A stretch of DNA of 26,381 bases. Source: a virus (taxonomy: Duplodnaviria > Caudoviricetes). Positions 7,834 to 16,098 of this stretch are shown in pieces. The stretch is from the IMG/VR virus record IMGVR_UViG_3300012667_000240, positions 1-26,381 of that record; one strand, 5' to 3'. The notes under the pieces are model-generated. The model did no database searches and was not told the DNA's origin. It saw only the letters and a program-made list of their open reading frames with translations. Made by a program: the position numbers and the translations under genes. Numbering within the stretch: position 1 is the stretch's first letter; the number at the start of each line of letters is the position of its first letter.

Positions 7834-8423
7834 AAAAACTTAAATTTCTATTACCAAAAGACGTTGAAGAAAAAGAAAGACTTGAGCATTATATTGAAAT
7901 AAATGAAAACCATAAAATTCCAAACAAAGATGTTCAAGTAGAATTTGTTTATGAAATTTTAGATTTAGAGAAAGAACTGGATTATCGCTCTTACATTTAT
8001 AAAAGAGAATATACCGAAGATGAATTTATAAAAGATTACATAAAAAGAAAATATAAAAGATACGTCTTATACAGTTATGAATTTGTTGGTGTATTTGATG
8101 AAAGAAAAAGATTTGTCGGAAAGATGCACGAAGCACAAGGACAATTTGTTGAAGCTTTAGACAAATTAGAATTTCTTAAAAAGATAGAAAGCGAAATGTA
8201 TAACTATTTTTATAATCATTTTAACAATCTTGATTTTAGAAATCTTTATCAAAAACGAGACGGTATTTATTTAGGAACTCGAGGCATACCTTCAGCTATT
8301 GAAGATCCATTATTTGACCAAAGAATGTTAGGCATTTTATTGCGAAGTGATAATAGAATAATGACTACAAAAGAATACCACAATCAAATTAGAAAAATTA
8401 AAAAAGAATTAAAGAAAAAATGA
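7830..8423 (+). CDS. Hypothetical protein, AT-rich (likely accessory)
   Basis: 197 aa, K/E/Y-rich, visibly more AT-rich than its neighbours. Confidence 0.65.
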   Translation: MKKLKFLLPKDVEEKERLEHYIEINENHKIPNKDVQVEFVYEILDLEKELDYRSYIYKREYTEDEFIKDYIKRKYKRYVLYSYEFVGVFDERKRFVGKMHEAQGQFVEALDKLEFLKKIESEMYNYFYNHFNNLDFRNLYQKRDGIYLGTRGIPSAIEDPLFDQRMLGILLRSDNRIMTTKEYHNQIRKIKKELKKK

Positions 8424-8905
8424 GTCAGTTAGAGAAAAAGATAGCAGATTTAATTCTGCTAATACCAGCTGAGCAGCAGCAATACGCACGTAGACGAATA
8501 GATAACTTAGTTAGAGCTGTGATAGAGACGCCCATACCTGAGTTAAAGTGGCAAACCATTAATGGAGAGGTGGAATCTTTAAACGAGCAGCGTGTGAATT
8601 CAATGATGAAGGTAGTATGCAAATTAACTCATGTAGATTGGAGCGAGCTTAAGGGCAAATCTCGTAAGCGTGAGATTAATGACATCAGGCAAACGTCTAT
8701 GTGGATTCTACGCAAGGGCACATCTTTAAGCTTTGCTAACATAGGTGCTATATTCAATAGGCATCACGCTACTGTGCTGCACGCTATAGATTCAGTGAAT
8801 AACATGATTCAAACAGATCGCATGTACAGAGGACACGTGGAGCAGATTCTAAACCACTTAGATAACGAGAATCTAAATAAAGCTTTCGACAAACTAACAG
8901 ATTAA
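8420..8905 (+). CDS. DnaA C-terminal (domain IV) DNA-binding protein without AAA+ domain
   Basis: KSRKREINDIRQTSMWILRKGTSLSFANIGAIFNRHHATVLHAI matches the DnaA domain IV signature (R....RQ..MY......SL..IG..F.RDH.TV.HA). Confidence 0.8.
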   Translation: MSQLEKKIADLILLIPAEQQQYARRRIDNLVRAVIETPIPELKWQTINGEVESLNEQRVNSMMKVVCKLTHVDWSELKGKSRKREINDIRQTSMWILRKGTSLSFANIGAIFNRHHATVLHAIDSVNNMIQTDRMYRGHVEQILNHLDNENLNKAFDKLTD

Positions 8906-8924
8906 TAATTCAATAACTAAACCA

Positions 8925-9308
8925 ATGAAGCAATTAAGTTTAACGTACGATACCGGTAAGGTAACTATAGAGCGCGTAAAGAGCGTGTGTGTTTTAATCA
9001 ATGCTGGCATGACACCAAGTGCAGCCCTGAAACATGAGCGAATGGGTAAGCAATATCTGCAAATCATGCGAGAGGTGGGCATCATTAAAAAGATAGGCTC
9101 ACGCGAATGGGAAGCAGTTAAGCATTTAAGGCAGGATAAATTCAAGCAGTTTATTGACGCTAAGAATAAATATTACAGTGATATTCAGGCATCAAAAGCT
9201 GATACTGATATGCTTGGTTTAGTCAATATGCCTAAGACTGAGCCTATAAAAAAAGCAGTAGCACTACCTTGGTGGAAAAGAATTTTGTTATATTTGGCCA
9301 ATCATTAA
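8925..9308 (+). CDS. Hypothetical protein
   Basis: 127 aa basic ORF with A-rich leader. Confidence 0.6.
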   Translation: MKQLSLTYDTGKVTIERVKSVCVLINAGMTPSAALKHERMGKQYLQIMREVGIIKKIGSREWEAVKHLRQDKFKQFIDAKNKYYSDIQASKADTDMLGLVNMPKTEPIKKAVALPWWKRILLYLANH

Positions 9309-9322
9309 TCAATTAAACCAAT

Positions 9323-9646
9323 ATGACAACAATCTTATTGAAGCGCATTGAAGCGCTTGAAGAGAGGGTAAAAGCACTTGAATCTAAGCGCTCTGCCTCT
9401 ACCAAATTCACCCCTCCATCACTTGCCGATGTAGTTAGCTACTTAGAAGATTTAGTTTTAGCTAAAAAATTCTATTGCCATTACGAGAGTAACGGTTGGA
9501 AAGTAGGTAAAAACTCCATGAAGAGCTGGAGAGCAGCCGCTGATCAGTGGAGAGCACGTGAGATTAACAATAAAAACACTACAGAAAATGAGCAAAGAAT
9601 TGGCCGCATTAGTACAGCAGAGCTTCAGTCGTTCACTAAGCGCTGA
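9323..9646 (+). CDS. Replication initiator/replisome organiser C-terminal-type domain protein
   Basis: FTPPSL..V..Y...FYCHYESNGWKVGKNSMKSWRAA...W motif, familiar from C-termini of phage initiators. Confidence 0.65.
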   Translation: MTTILLKRIEALEERVKALESKRSASTKFTPPSLADVVSYLEDLVLAKKFYCHYESNGWKVGKNSMKSWRAAADQWRAREINNKNTTENEQRIGRISTAELQSFTKR

Positions 9647-10328
9647 GGAAAGAGCTATAGCTGAGTGCATTAGCTCACCTAAGTTACACACGTTATCTGA
9701 ACAGGAGTTTAGAGAGTTAATTGCTCAGGCTGCTGTGATAAATTCTATTAAGGCTTTACCTTCAGACATAGAAGTAACTCTTTTACAGCAACTTACGCAA
9801 AATACGTATCGCAGTACAAGTATTAAAGATTGGCAGAATGCATTCTTATACAATGCAATAGGTAAAGACTTCGAAAGAGTAGAAGCTTTTAATCTATTCA
9901 GCATAAGCTTTATGGCTGATGTATTGAAACGCTATGAGGAATATAAGAGCAAAGTATGGCGAGAGCTTAACAAGGCGCTTATACTGCCTGAATCTGAGCC
10001 GAAAGAATACGCTGTAACCAATCCTATAGATGACTTGCACGCAGATGCTGAGCGCTATAAGAATGGTAAGCACGCTTGGGTAGAAATCTCTGCACCTTAC
10101 AACTGCCAGCGCCTCTTTAGAAAAGGTATCTATAAGAAATCTCAATGGCTACCCGAAGTATGGGAACGCTTTGAAGATATTGCTAAGCAAAAGGTAGAGG
10201 CTAAGTTCAAGTCATCTAACAAAGTTATCTTAGGCGAATCTGCACAGTCAGAATTCGATGCGCTACAAAAGATAGAACTGAGCCGAATAGTTTACATTGA
10301 CATTATAAAACAAATTAACAATGGCTAA
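9588..10328 (+). CDS. Hypothetical replication protein (helicase-loader position)
   Basis: ATG 9588 preferred; overlaps the initiator-like gene in a lambda O/P-like arrangement; no Walker motif seen. Confidence 0.5.
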   Translation: MSKELAALVQQSFSRSLSAEERAIAECISSPKLHTLSEQEFRELIAQAAVINSIKALPSDIEVTLLQQLTQNTYRSTSIKDWQNAFLYNAIGKDFERVEAFNLFSISFMADVLKRYEEYKSKVWRELNKALILPESEPKEYAVTNPIDDLHADAERYKNGKHAWVEISAPYNCQRLFRKGIYKKSQWLPEVWERFEDIAKQKVEAKFKSSNKVILGESAQSEFDALQKIELSRIVYIDIIKQINNG

Positions 10329-10950
10329 AGATTGGACCGTAGAAGAAATAGAATACCTGGTTAATCATTACGCTGATAACTTTACTGAAGATGTAGCCAA
10401 GGCTTTAAATAGAACTGTTAGCGGAGTGTATGGTAAAGCTTATTCTCTCGACATTAAAAAGAGTAAGCTGCACCATGAGAGAGTAATGGCTAAGACTTCA
10501 ATAAAGCTCAGAGAAAATTCTAAGATTCACCGTTACGCTAAAGGCCATGAGCCTGCTAACAAAGGAAAGAAATTAGCTGTATCTACTTACAATAAGTGCG
10601 CTCCAACAATGTTTAAGAAAGGTAATAAGCCTCACAATCATAGACCTGTAGGCAGCGAGCGTATTACTAAGGATGGATATTTAGAGCGCAAGGTAGCAAA
10701 TCCTAAAACTTGGAGAGCAGTACATGTTTTAGTATGGGAAGAGGCTAATGGCCCAGTTCCGGCAAAGCATAAAATAGTATTTAAAGATAACAATCAGCTA
10801 AATTATGAGCTTAGTAATCTTGAATGCCTTTCTTATGCCGATGTAATGCGAAGAAACAGCATAGTTAGATATCCTGCGGATCTAAGATTTGCAATGAAAA
10901 CACTTAAAAAACTAAAAAAACAAATTGAAAATGGCACGCAACAAGATTGA
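10321..10950 (+). CDS. HNH-family protein with (F/Y)xKGxxPxN repeats
   Basis: YAKGHEPANKG and FKKGNKPHN repeats, GSERITKDGY, HVLVWEEANGPVP...FKDNNQLN..LSNL. Confidence 0.75.
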   Translation: MAKDWTVEEIEYLVNHYADNFTEDVAKALNRTVSGVYGKAYSLDIKKSKLHHERVMAKTSIKLRENSKIHRYAKGHEPANKGKKLAVSTYNKCAPTMFKKGNKPHNHRPVGSERITKDGYLERKVANPKTWRAVHVLVWEEANGPVPAKHKIVFKDNNQLNYELSNLECLSYADVMRRNSIVRYPADLRFAMKTLKKLKKQIENGTQQD

Positions 10951-11182
10951 AGATTTAAGAAATCACCTATTCGAAGTGATAGAAGCGCTTAAAGATGGGG
11001 ATATTGAGATGGATAAAGCTAAGACTATAGCAGATGTAGCACAAGTAATTGTGAACAGTGCTAAGGTAGAGGTAGATTTCATGAAGGTAGTACATGGTAA
11101 TGGTAGTGGATTTATCCCATTAGATAACCGAGGCAGCTATGAGACTGCTAAGCAGCTAACTGTAGGAGGTGAAGATGAATGA
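10931..11182 (+). CDS. Hypothetical helical protein partnered with the HNH gene
   Basis: MARNKIEDLRNHLFE.IE.L...AK.IADVAQVIVNSAKVE; ATG 10931. Confidence 0.65.
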   Translation: MARNKIEDLRNHLFEVIEALKDGDIEMDKAKTIADVAQVIVNSAKVEVDFMKVVHGNGSGFIPLDNRGSYETAKQLTVGGEDE

Positions 11183-11393
11183 AACAATAACTCGTGAATG
11201 GCTTTTAGACCATGGTTTTAAAAGTACAGGTACAAGAATATATTTTATGAAGGATAAAGATTTAGGCTATGACTTGGGTATTGTTAAAATGGCCATTGTA
11301 AAAGTCAAATATGGATTTATTCTATTAGAACATATTAAATCAACAAATGAATTGAGTGAGTTACACTACGTATTAACAGGAGAAAAACTATGA
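11169..11393 (+). CDS. Hypothetical protein
   Basis: ITREWLLDHGF...LHYVLTGEKL; start at 11169 or 11175. Confidence 0.6.
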   Translation: MKMNETITREWLLDHGFKSTGTRIYFMKDKDLGYDLGIVKMAIVKVKYGFILLEHIKSTNELSELHYVLTGEKL

Positions 11394-11557
11394 AAAAAGT
11401 AAAATTTATTCATCCTATCACAGGAGAAGCTCATGAGGTCATGTGCGAGAAAGTAGAAGGCTATGAGCAACGAGGTGACTTCTACCATCACTGCACAGTA
11501 GATGAAAAAACTGTAGCTTTAATTCCAATGTCATGGGCAATGATGAGAATAGAATAA
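11390..11557 (+). CDS. Hypothetical protein, 55 aa (not in ORF track)
   Basis: MKKVKFIHPITGEAHEVMCEKVEGYEQRGDFYHHCTVDEKTVALIPMSWAMMRIE*; ATGA-coupled and ends before a terminator. Confidence 0.6.
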   Translation: MKKVKFIHPITGEAHEVMCEKVEGYEQRGDFYHHCTVDEKTVALIPMSWAMMRIE

Positions 11558-11582
11558 GCATTTCTTCCACTAACAATAAGAG

Positions 11583-11608
11583 AGCTCAGCATAACGCTGG
11601 GCTTTTTT
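11583..11608 (+). terminator. Rho-independent terminator ending the early operon
   Basis: AGCTCAGC-ATAAC-GCTGGGCT hairpin followed by a T-run. Confidence 0.8.
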
Positions 11609-11622
11609 ATTAATTATAGCGT

Positions 11623-11973
11623 ATGAATCTATTTAAGAAAAAAAAGGAAGTAGTAGATTTAAATGCGAAGCTGCTGCCTGAGTTATGCAGCACTTATATT
11701 ATTCAGTGGAACTACACCGAGGATATCGGTAATGAGGCTACGTATGCAGAAAACATTCCTTTCATGTTCGATGCGAGAAAGTGTGTCGGCATCCAGGCTG
11801 AAGTAGAGTTTAGATCAGATGGCACTTACTACGTAGGGCAGCGCACAATAGCACTGATGCAGGGCATTGATAATGGAATAGTAATAGACGTGCCTTACAA
11901 CGAATTCAAAAAGCATTTTCAGGAGCTTAAATCTAATATAATAACTAATGATTACATCATCTCGAGAGGGTAG
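11623..11973 (+). CDS. Hypothetical protein
   Basis: 116 aa ORF immediately after the terminator. Confidence 0.6.
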   Translation: MNLFKKKKEVVDLNAKLLPELCSTYIIQWNYTEDIGNEATYAENIPFMFDARKCVGIQAEVEFRSDGTYYVGQRTIALMQGIDNGIVIDVPYNEFKKHFQELKSNIITNDYIISRG

Positions 11974-12826
11974 AAATATAATAATCACAACGTGCAAGAG
12001 TGGGGATAAGTTCCTCATGATTTCGGATGTGCACTGGGACAATCCCCATTGTGATAGAAAACTACTCAAAGCTCATTTAGATAAATGCTTAGCTGAAAAT
12101 ATTTATTTCGCTGTTAATGGAGATTTATTCTGTGCTATGCAGGGCAAGTATGATCCTCGCAGGAGTAAGAATGATATTAGACCTGAGCATAACGTAGCTA
12201 ACTACTTAGATGCGCTTGTGAACACTGCAATAGATTGGTTTAAACCTTACGCTCATTTGATGGTATTCGTGGGCTATGGTAATCATGAAACAGCTATAAC
12301 TAAGAACTGTGAAACAGATTTAATTGAGCGCTTTGTTAGCGGATTAAATAGAGAAGCAGGCAGCAATGTATTAGTAGGTGGCTATGGTGGGTGGTGGATT
12401 CACAGAGTGCTTAAGGGTAAAACTAATGCCATCGTATTTAAAACTAAATACTACCATGGATCAGGAGGAGGTGGAGTAGTAACTAAGGGAGTTATTCAAA
12501 ATAACCGAATGGGTGTTATGATAGATGGCGCTGATTGTATTTGGAGCGGCCACGTTCACGAGCTATATCACCATGCCGATATGGTAGAAGAGTTAGCCTA
12601 TGCGCATAACGGCGGCTATAGAATCAATATGCGCTACGTGCATCACATCAGAACTGCAAGCTATAAAGAGGAATATGATGAAGGGTACATGGGCTTTCAT
12701 GTAGAGCGCATGAGACCTCCAAAACCTTTGGGCGCTTACCTTATGCAATTGAATTTAGAGAGAGTTAGTAAACCTGTTGATAGTACGTACATTGTGCCTA
12801 ACTTTGTACAATGGAGAGACAAATAA
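11948..12826 (+). CDS. Calcineurin-like metallophosphoesterase
   Basis: SDVH, NGDLF, GNHE, YHG and GHVH motifs in canonical order. Confidence 0.85.
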   Translation: MITSSREGRNIIITTCKSGDKFLMISDVHWDNPHCDRKLLKAHLDKCLAENIYFAVNGDLFCAMQGKYDPRRSKNDIRPEHNVANYLDALVNTAIDWFKPYAHLMVFVGYGNHETAITKNCETDLIERFVSGLNREAGSNVLVGGYGGWWIHRVLKGKTNAIVFKTKYYHGSGGGGVVTKGVIQNNRMGVMIDGADCIWSGHVHELYHHADMVEELAYAHNGGYRINMRYVHHIRTASYKEEYDEGYMGFHVERMRPPKPLGAYLMQLNLERVSKPVDSTYIVPNFVQWRDK

Positions 12827-14130
12827 ACTACAATTTCAAGCCTCTAACACGACAAAGCGAGGCACTTAAATTTCTTTCAGTAGATTCAGATGTTGAAACT
12901 ATCTTGTATGGTGGAGCAGCAGGCGGTGGGAAAACTATGCTCGGCTGCATGTGGCAGATATTACGCAGGCTTAAGTATCCAGGTACACGTTCACTAATAG
13001 GCAGAGCTAAGTTAGACACGCTTAAAAAGACTACTATGGCTACCTTTTTTCAAGTAGCTAATGAGATAGGCTTAAAGGCAGGTGAAGATTTTATCTATAA
13101 TCAGCAGAGCCATATCATTAAATTTAGCAATGGCTCAGAGATTATACTTGCCGATTTGTTCCTCTATCCATCTGATCCAATGATGACGGATTTAGGCGGC
13201 TTGGAAGTTACAGATGTATTTATAGATGAAGCTACTGAGATAACTGAAAAGGCTTACAGCATTGTTAGCTCACGTATACGTTATAAGCTAAAGGAGTTTG
13301 GGCTTAAGCCTAAGATATTACTGACGTGTAACCCATCTAAGGGATGGATTTATAATCAGTTTTACTTACCATACAAGAATCAGAATCTGCCTGCTCACAG
13401 AGCATTTGTTCAAGCTCTACCTGGCGACAATATACACTTACCTGATAGCTACGTAACAAGCTTAACACGTTTACCCGAAGCTGACAGGAAGAGACTGCTT
13501 GAAGGAGACTGGGAATTTGATAACAGTTCAGATAGATTATACATGTATGATGAACTCATGCGCTGCTTTCGCGAGCCAATGAATGTAGGAGAGGGATATA
13601 TCACAGCAGATATAGCGCGACTTGGAAAGGATAGAACTGTGCTATGTGTATGGCGAGGCTTAAGCTGCATAGACATTGTAATCTTAAGGCAGAAACGACA
13701 GGATGAAGTTAAGGCAGAGATACAGCGCTTAATGAATCAGCATGGCATAAGACTAAGCAACGTGCTCGCAGATGCTGATGGGGTGGGGGGTGGCTTGGTA
13801 GATAGCCTACGCTGCCGAGAATTTATGAACGGCAGTAAAGCTGTGAGAGGTAATCAATACATGAATCTAAAAGCAGACTGTTACTTTAGGTTAGGCGAGT
13901 TGATAGATAAGAATGAGATTACTCTGCCTATCAAATGGCAAGAAGATATAGTTAAAGAGTTAGAATTGATTCGAAGAGTAGATCCTGATAAGGAAGGTAA
14001 GCTCAGAGTAACATCAAAAGATACTATCAGCCAGCGCACCGGAGGAATCTCTCCCGATATAGCAGATGCTATTATGATGAGAGCTTATTTTGAGCTCAAT
14101 AGAAACTATACTAAGTATGCGTTTATCTGA
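12811..14130 (+). CDS. terL: Terminase large subunit
   Basis: Walker A YGGAAGGGKT, Walker B FIDEATE, coupling motif LTCNP, nuclease DIARLGKD and SPDIADA. Confidence 0.92.
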   Translation: MERQINYNFKPLTRQSEALKFLSVDSDVETILYGGAAGGGKTMLGCMWQILRRLKYPGTRSLIGRAKLDTLKKTTMATFFQVANEIGLKAGEDFIYNQQSHIIKFSNGSEIILADLFLYPSDPMMTDLGGLEVTDVFIDEATEITEKAYSIVSSRIRYKLKEFGLKPKILLTCNPSKGWIYNQFYLPYKNQNLPAHRAFVQALPGDNIHLPDSYVTSLTRLPEADRKRLLEGDWEFDNSSDRLYMYDELMRCFREPMNVGEGYITADIARLGKDRTVLCVWRGLSCIDIVILRQKRQDEVKAEIQRLMNQHGIRLSNVLADADGVGGGLVDSLRCREFMNGSKAVRGNQYMNLKADCYFRLGELIDKNEITLPIKWQEDIVKELELIRRVDPDKEGKLRVTSKDTISQRTGGISPDIADAIMMRAYFELNRNYTKYAFI

Positions 14131-14277
14131 TTAAAGTGTTATTTAGCACACTTTATTATATTAAAATGTGCTTTATGACGGATATTACATACTATAATGT
14201 GTATTTTTATTATACCCTAAAGGGGCAATTAAGGAGTACTCCCTATGTTTTCTATCCCTAATGGGTATAAAACTAAA

Positions 14278-14303
14278 ATAGGCCTGCACGTTTGCAAGCC
14301 TAT
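14278..14303 (-). terminator. Minus-strand intrinsic terminator
   Basis: On -: ATAGGCTTGCA-AACG-TGCAGGCCTAT then TTTAGTTTT; the G-U pair forms only on the - strand. Confidence 0.7.
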
Positions 14304-14349
14304 CTCAGTAATCAATAATCATTGCTAAACCAAAAGCAAATTCATGGCT

Positions 14350-14357
14350 CAAAGATA
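14350..14357 (-). promoter_or_regulatory. Bacteroidota -7 promoter element on minus strand
   Basis: CAAAGATA on + = TATCTTTG on -; points toward the minus-strand terminator; no clear -33 element. Confidence 0.5.
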
Positions 14358-14372
14358 TAGCGCTAAATGCTA

Positions 14373-14393
14373 TGTGAATAAGTATGTTAACAA
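14373..14393 (-). promoter_or_regulatory. Tandem DnaA boxes (one perfect, one degenerate)
   Basis: TGTGAATAA 14373-14381 (=TTATTCACA, consensus match) and TGTTAACAA 14385-14393. Confidence 0.55.
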
Positions 14394-14421
14394 GATGTTT
14401 ATTTCGATTAAGTTAATAGTC

Positions 14422-14429
14422 TAATTTTG
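14422..14429 (+). promoter_or_regulatory. Bacteroidota -7 promoter element (probably leaderless mRNA)
   Basis: TAATTTTG, 4 nt before ATG 14434. Confidence 0.55.
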
Positions 14430-14433
14430 AATC

Positions 14434-14778
14434 ATGAAGAACGAGGAAGCCTTAATACAAGAGGCTGTTATTAACTATATTAACGCTCAATATCCGAGAC
14501 TTCTTTACTGCGCTTCAGCAGGAGGTGTTCGCACGTCTATGAAACAGGCTGTGAAGATGAAGAAAACAGGATACGTTAAAGGCTTTCCTGATATCTTTAT
14601 CTACAACGCTAAGGGCCCATTCTTTGGATTAGCTATAGAGATGAAAACAGCTAAGGGTGTTATGAGTCAGAGCCAAAAAGACTGGCAAGCAAAGTTAATT
14701 AACAACGGCTACCATGCAGTTACATGCAAGAGCTTCGATGAAGCCAAACAAGTTATAGATGACTACATGGCGCAGTGA
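14434..14778 (+). CDS. VRR-NUC domain nuclease (PD-(D/E)xK, Holliday-junction resolvase-like)
   Basis: E..IQ...I, GYVKGFPDI, IEMKT.KG..S.SQK.W...L...GY motifs. Confidence 0.85.
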   Translation: MKNEEALIQEAVINYINAQYPRLLYCASAGGVRTSMKQAVKMKKTGYVKGFPDIFIYNAKGPFFGLAIEMKTAKGVMSQSQKDWQAKLINNGYHAVTCKSFDEAKQVIDDYMAQ

Positions 14779-15259
14779 AATAGATAGATGCTATCCCGAA
14801 TGGCGCAGAGTAGCAGCAACTGTTACGCGCCAAGATTTAGCCGATGAGCTGCTCCACGATACGCTGCTTAAGATATTAGAGAGTGATAAAGATAAATTAC
14901 AAGATATTCACGATAGAGGTAAGCTCAATAACTACGTGAGCAACGCTATTAGACTCTCTGCACGATGCAGTAATAGCTCATTCAATTATACCAGGTTAAG
15001 ATTCGAAAAGATACGCAATGATCTGAAAGATGATATTATAGATGATGTAAACAAGAGCGTAGGCATGCGCTTAGAAAATGAGCAGTTAGATATCTTCATC
15101 AGCAGGCTGCCTTACTTTGAGAGGGAGCTATTCTTTCTCTATGCATTGGATGATTTCTCTTATCAAGAATTAGCTAAAGAGACTGGTATACCTTTGAACT
15201 ATCTTTACCGTACAATTAAGAAAGCTAAAACAACACTTAGAAATTCACTACAGATATGA
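14759..15259 (+). CDS. Phage ECF-like RNA polymerase sigma factor
   Basis: Region 2-like ADELLHDTLLKILE and region 4 HTH LPYFERELF.L...DDFSYQELAKETGIP...LYRTIKKAK. Confidence 0.75.
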   Translation: MTTWRSEIDRCYPEWRRVAATVTRQDLADELLHDTLLKILESDKDKLQDIHDRGKLNNYVSNAIRLSARCSNSSFNYTRLRFEKIRNDLKDDIIDDVNKSVGMRLENEQLDIFISRLPYFERELFFLYALDDFSYQELAKETGIPLNYLYRTIKKAKTTLRNSLQI

Positions 15260-15777
15260 TGATAAACAGCACAGACTTCGAAGCACGCGTTAAGGTGTGT
15301 AAAGAGTGCCCTGTCTATAACAAGCAGTTTGGTACTTGTGGGCCTCCTGTAAATGCCATTAATCCATTTAAACGGCCTCATCAAATTGGTGAGGTAATCT
15401 TTAAGCCTTGTGGCTGTCCGGTAGATCACTTAGCAAGCTATGCAGCTACTGACTGCCCAGCTAAGTTATGGCCAAAGCTTGAAGAGAAAGATTGGAAGAT
15501 GCCAACGCTTGAACACATCAGAGAGATCAGAAAGCGCGGCAGGTTAGCACCTGGTGAGATGGCTAAGTTATTTAAGCTAAGAAAAGAATATTTAGGTATT
15601 CGCGATGGTAAGAACTTCACGAGCTGCACTCCATGCATGAACGAGCTGCTGAACAAATTAGAGAAGCAGTTAGAGGGAGACTTGGCTGCAATAGAAGCAG
15701 AGATTACTCCCGAACCAATAATAGAGGTAACTAATACACCAATAAAAAAACGTAGAGCTAAACGTAAAAAACTATGA
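15256..15777 (+). CDS. Cys-rich metal-binding hypothetical protein
   Basis: CKECP, TCG, PCGC, DCP..LW and SCTPC motifs; basic tail. Confidence 0.65.
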   Translation: MMINSTDFEARVKVCKECPVYNKQFGTCGPPVNAINPFKRPHQIGEVIFKPCGCPVDHLASYAATDCPAKLWPKLEEKDWKMPTLEHIREIRKRGRLAPGEMAKLFKLRKEYLGIRDGKNFTSCTPCMNELLNKLEKQLEGDLAAIEAEITPEPIIEVTNTPIKKRRAKRKKL

Positions 15778-15965
15778 CACTATTAACAATCTATTTAGTA
15801 GGCTTCCTACTGCACTTTGCAATCTTATCTACTAACATTTACAGACATCAGAGGCACTTATCTTCTTACCATTGGTATGCTTATGTGGGTGTGGCTTTTA
15901 CAGGGCTTGTATGGCTGCCTTTTTGGATATACATCACAGTGCTCAGATTTAAACAGCCCAAATAG
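15774..15965 (+). CDS. Small two-TM membrane protein
   Basis: Two hydrophobic segments; ATGA-coupled. Confidence 0.6.
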   Translation: MTLLTIYLVGFLLHFAILSTNIYRHQRHLSSYHWYAYVGVAFTGLVWLPFWIYITVLRFKQPK

Positions 15966-15974
15966 TTTTCCACA
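15966..15974 (+). promoter_or_regulatory. DnaA box (consensus match)
   Basis: TTTTCCACA = TT(A/T)TNCACA. Confidence 0.55.
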
Positions 15975-16001
15975 ATAGTGAGTGTAATTAATTTACATTT
16001 T

Positions 16002-16009
16002 TATATTTG
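16002..16009 (+). promoter_or_regulatory. Bacteroidota -7 promoter element
   Basis: TATATTTG in AT-rich intergenic DNA. Confidence 0.65.
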
Positions 16010-16012
16010 TCT

Positions 16013-16098
16013 CATGCGCAAGATTACTGTTAGACATAAGATTGATTTAAGGTTTAATAATTCCCCTCTGAACGGGCGCATACGTTCTTTGGGGTTTT
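16013..16098 (+). ncRNA. Candidate leader/sRNA with terminator-like hairpin and 5'-loop pseudoknot
   Basis: CCCC-tct-GAACG[GGCGCATA]CGTTC-ttt-GGGG-TTTT; loop GCGCAT is complementary to ATGCGC at 16014-16019. Confidence 0.45.
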
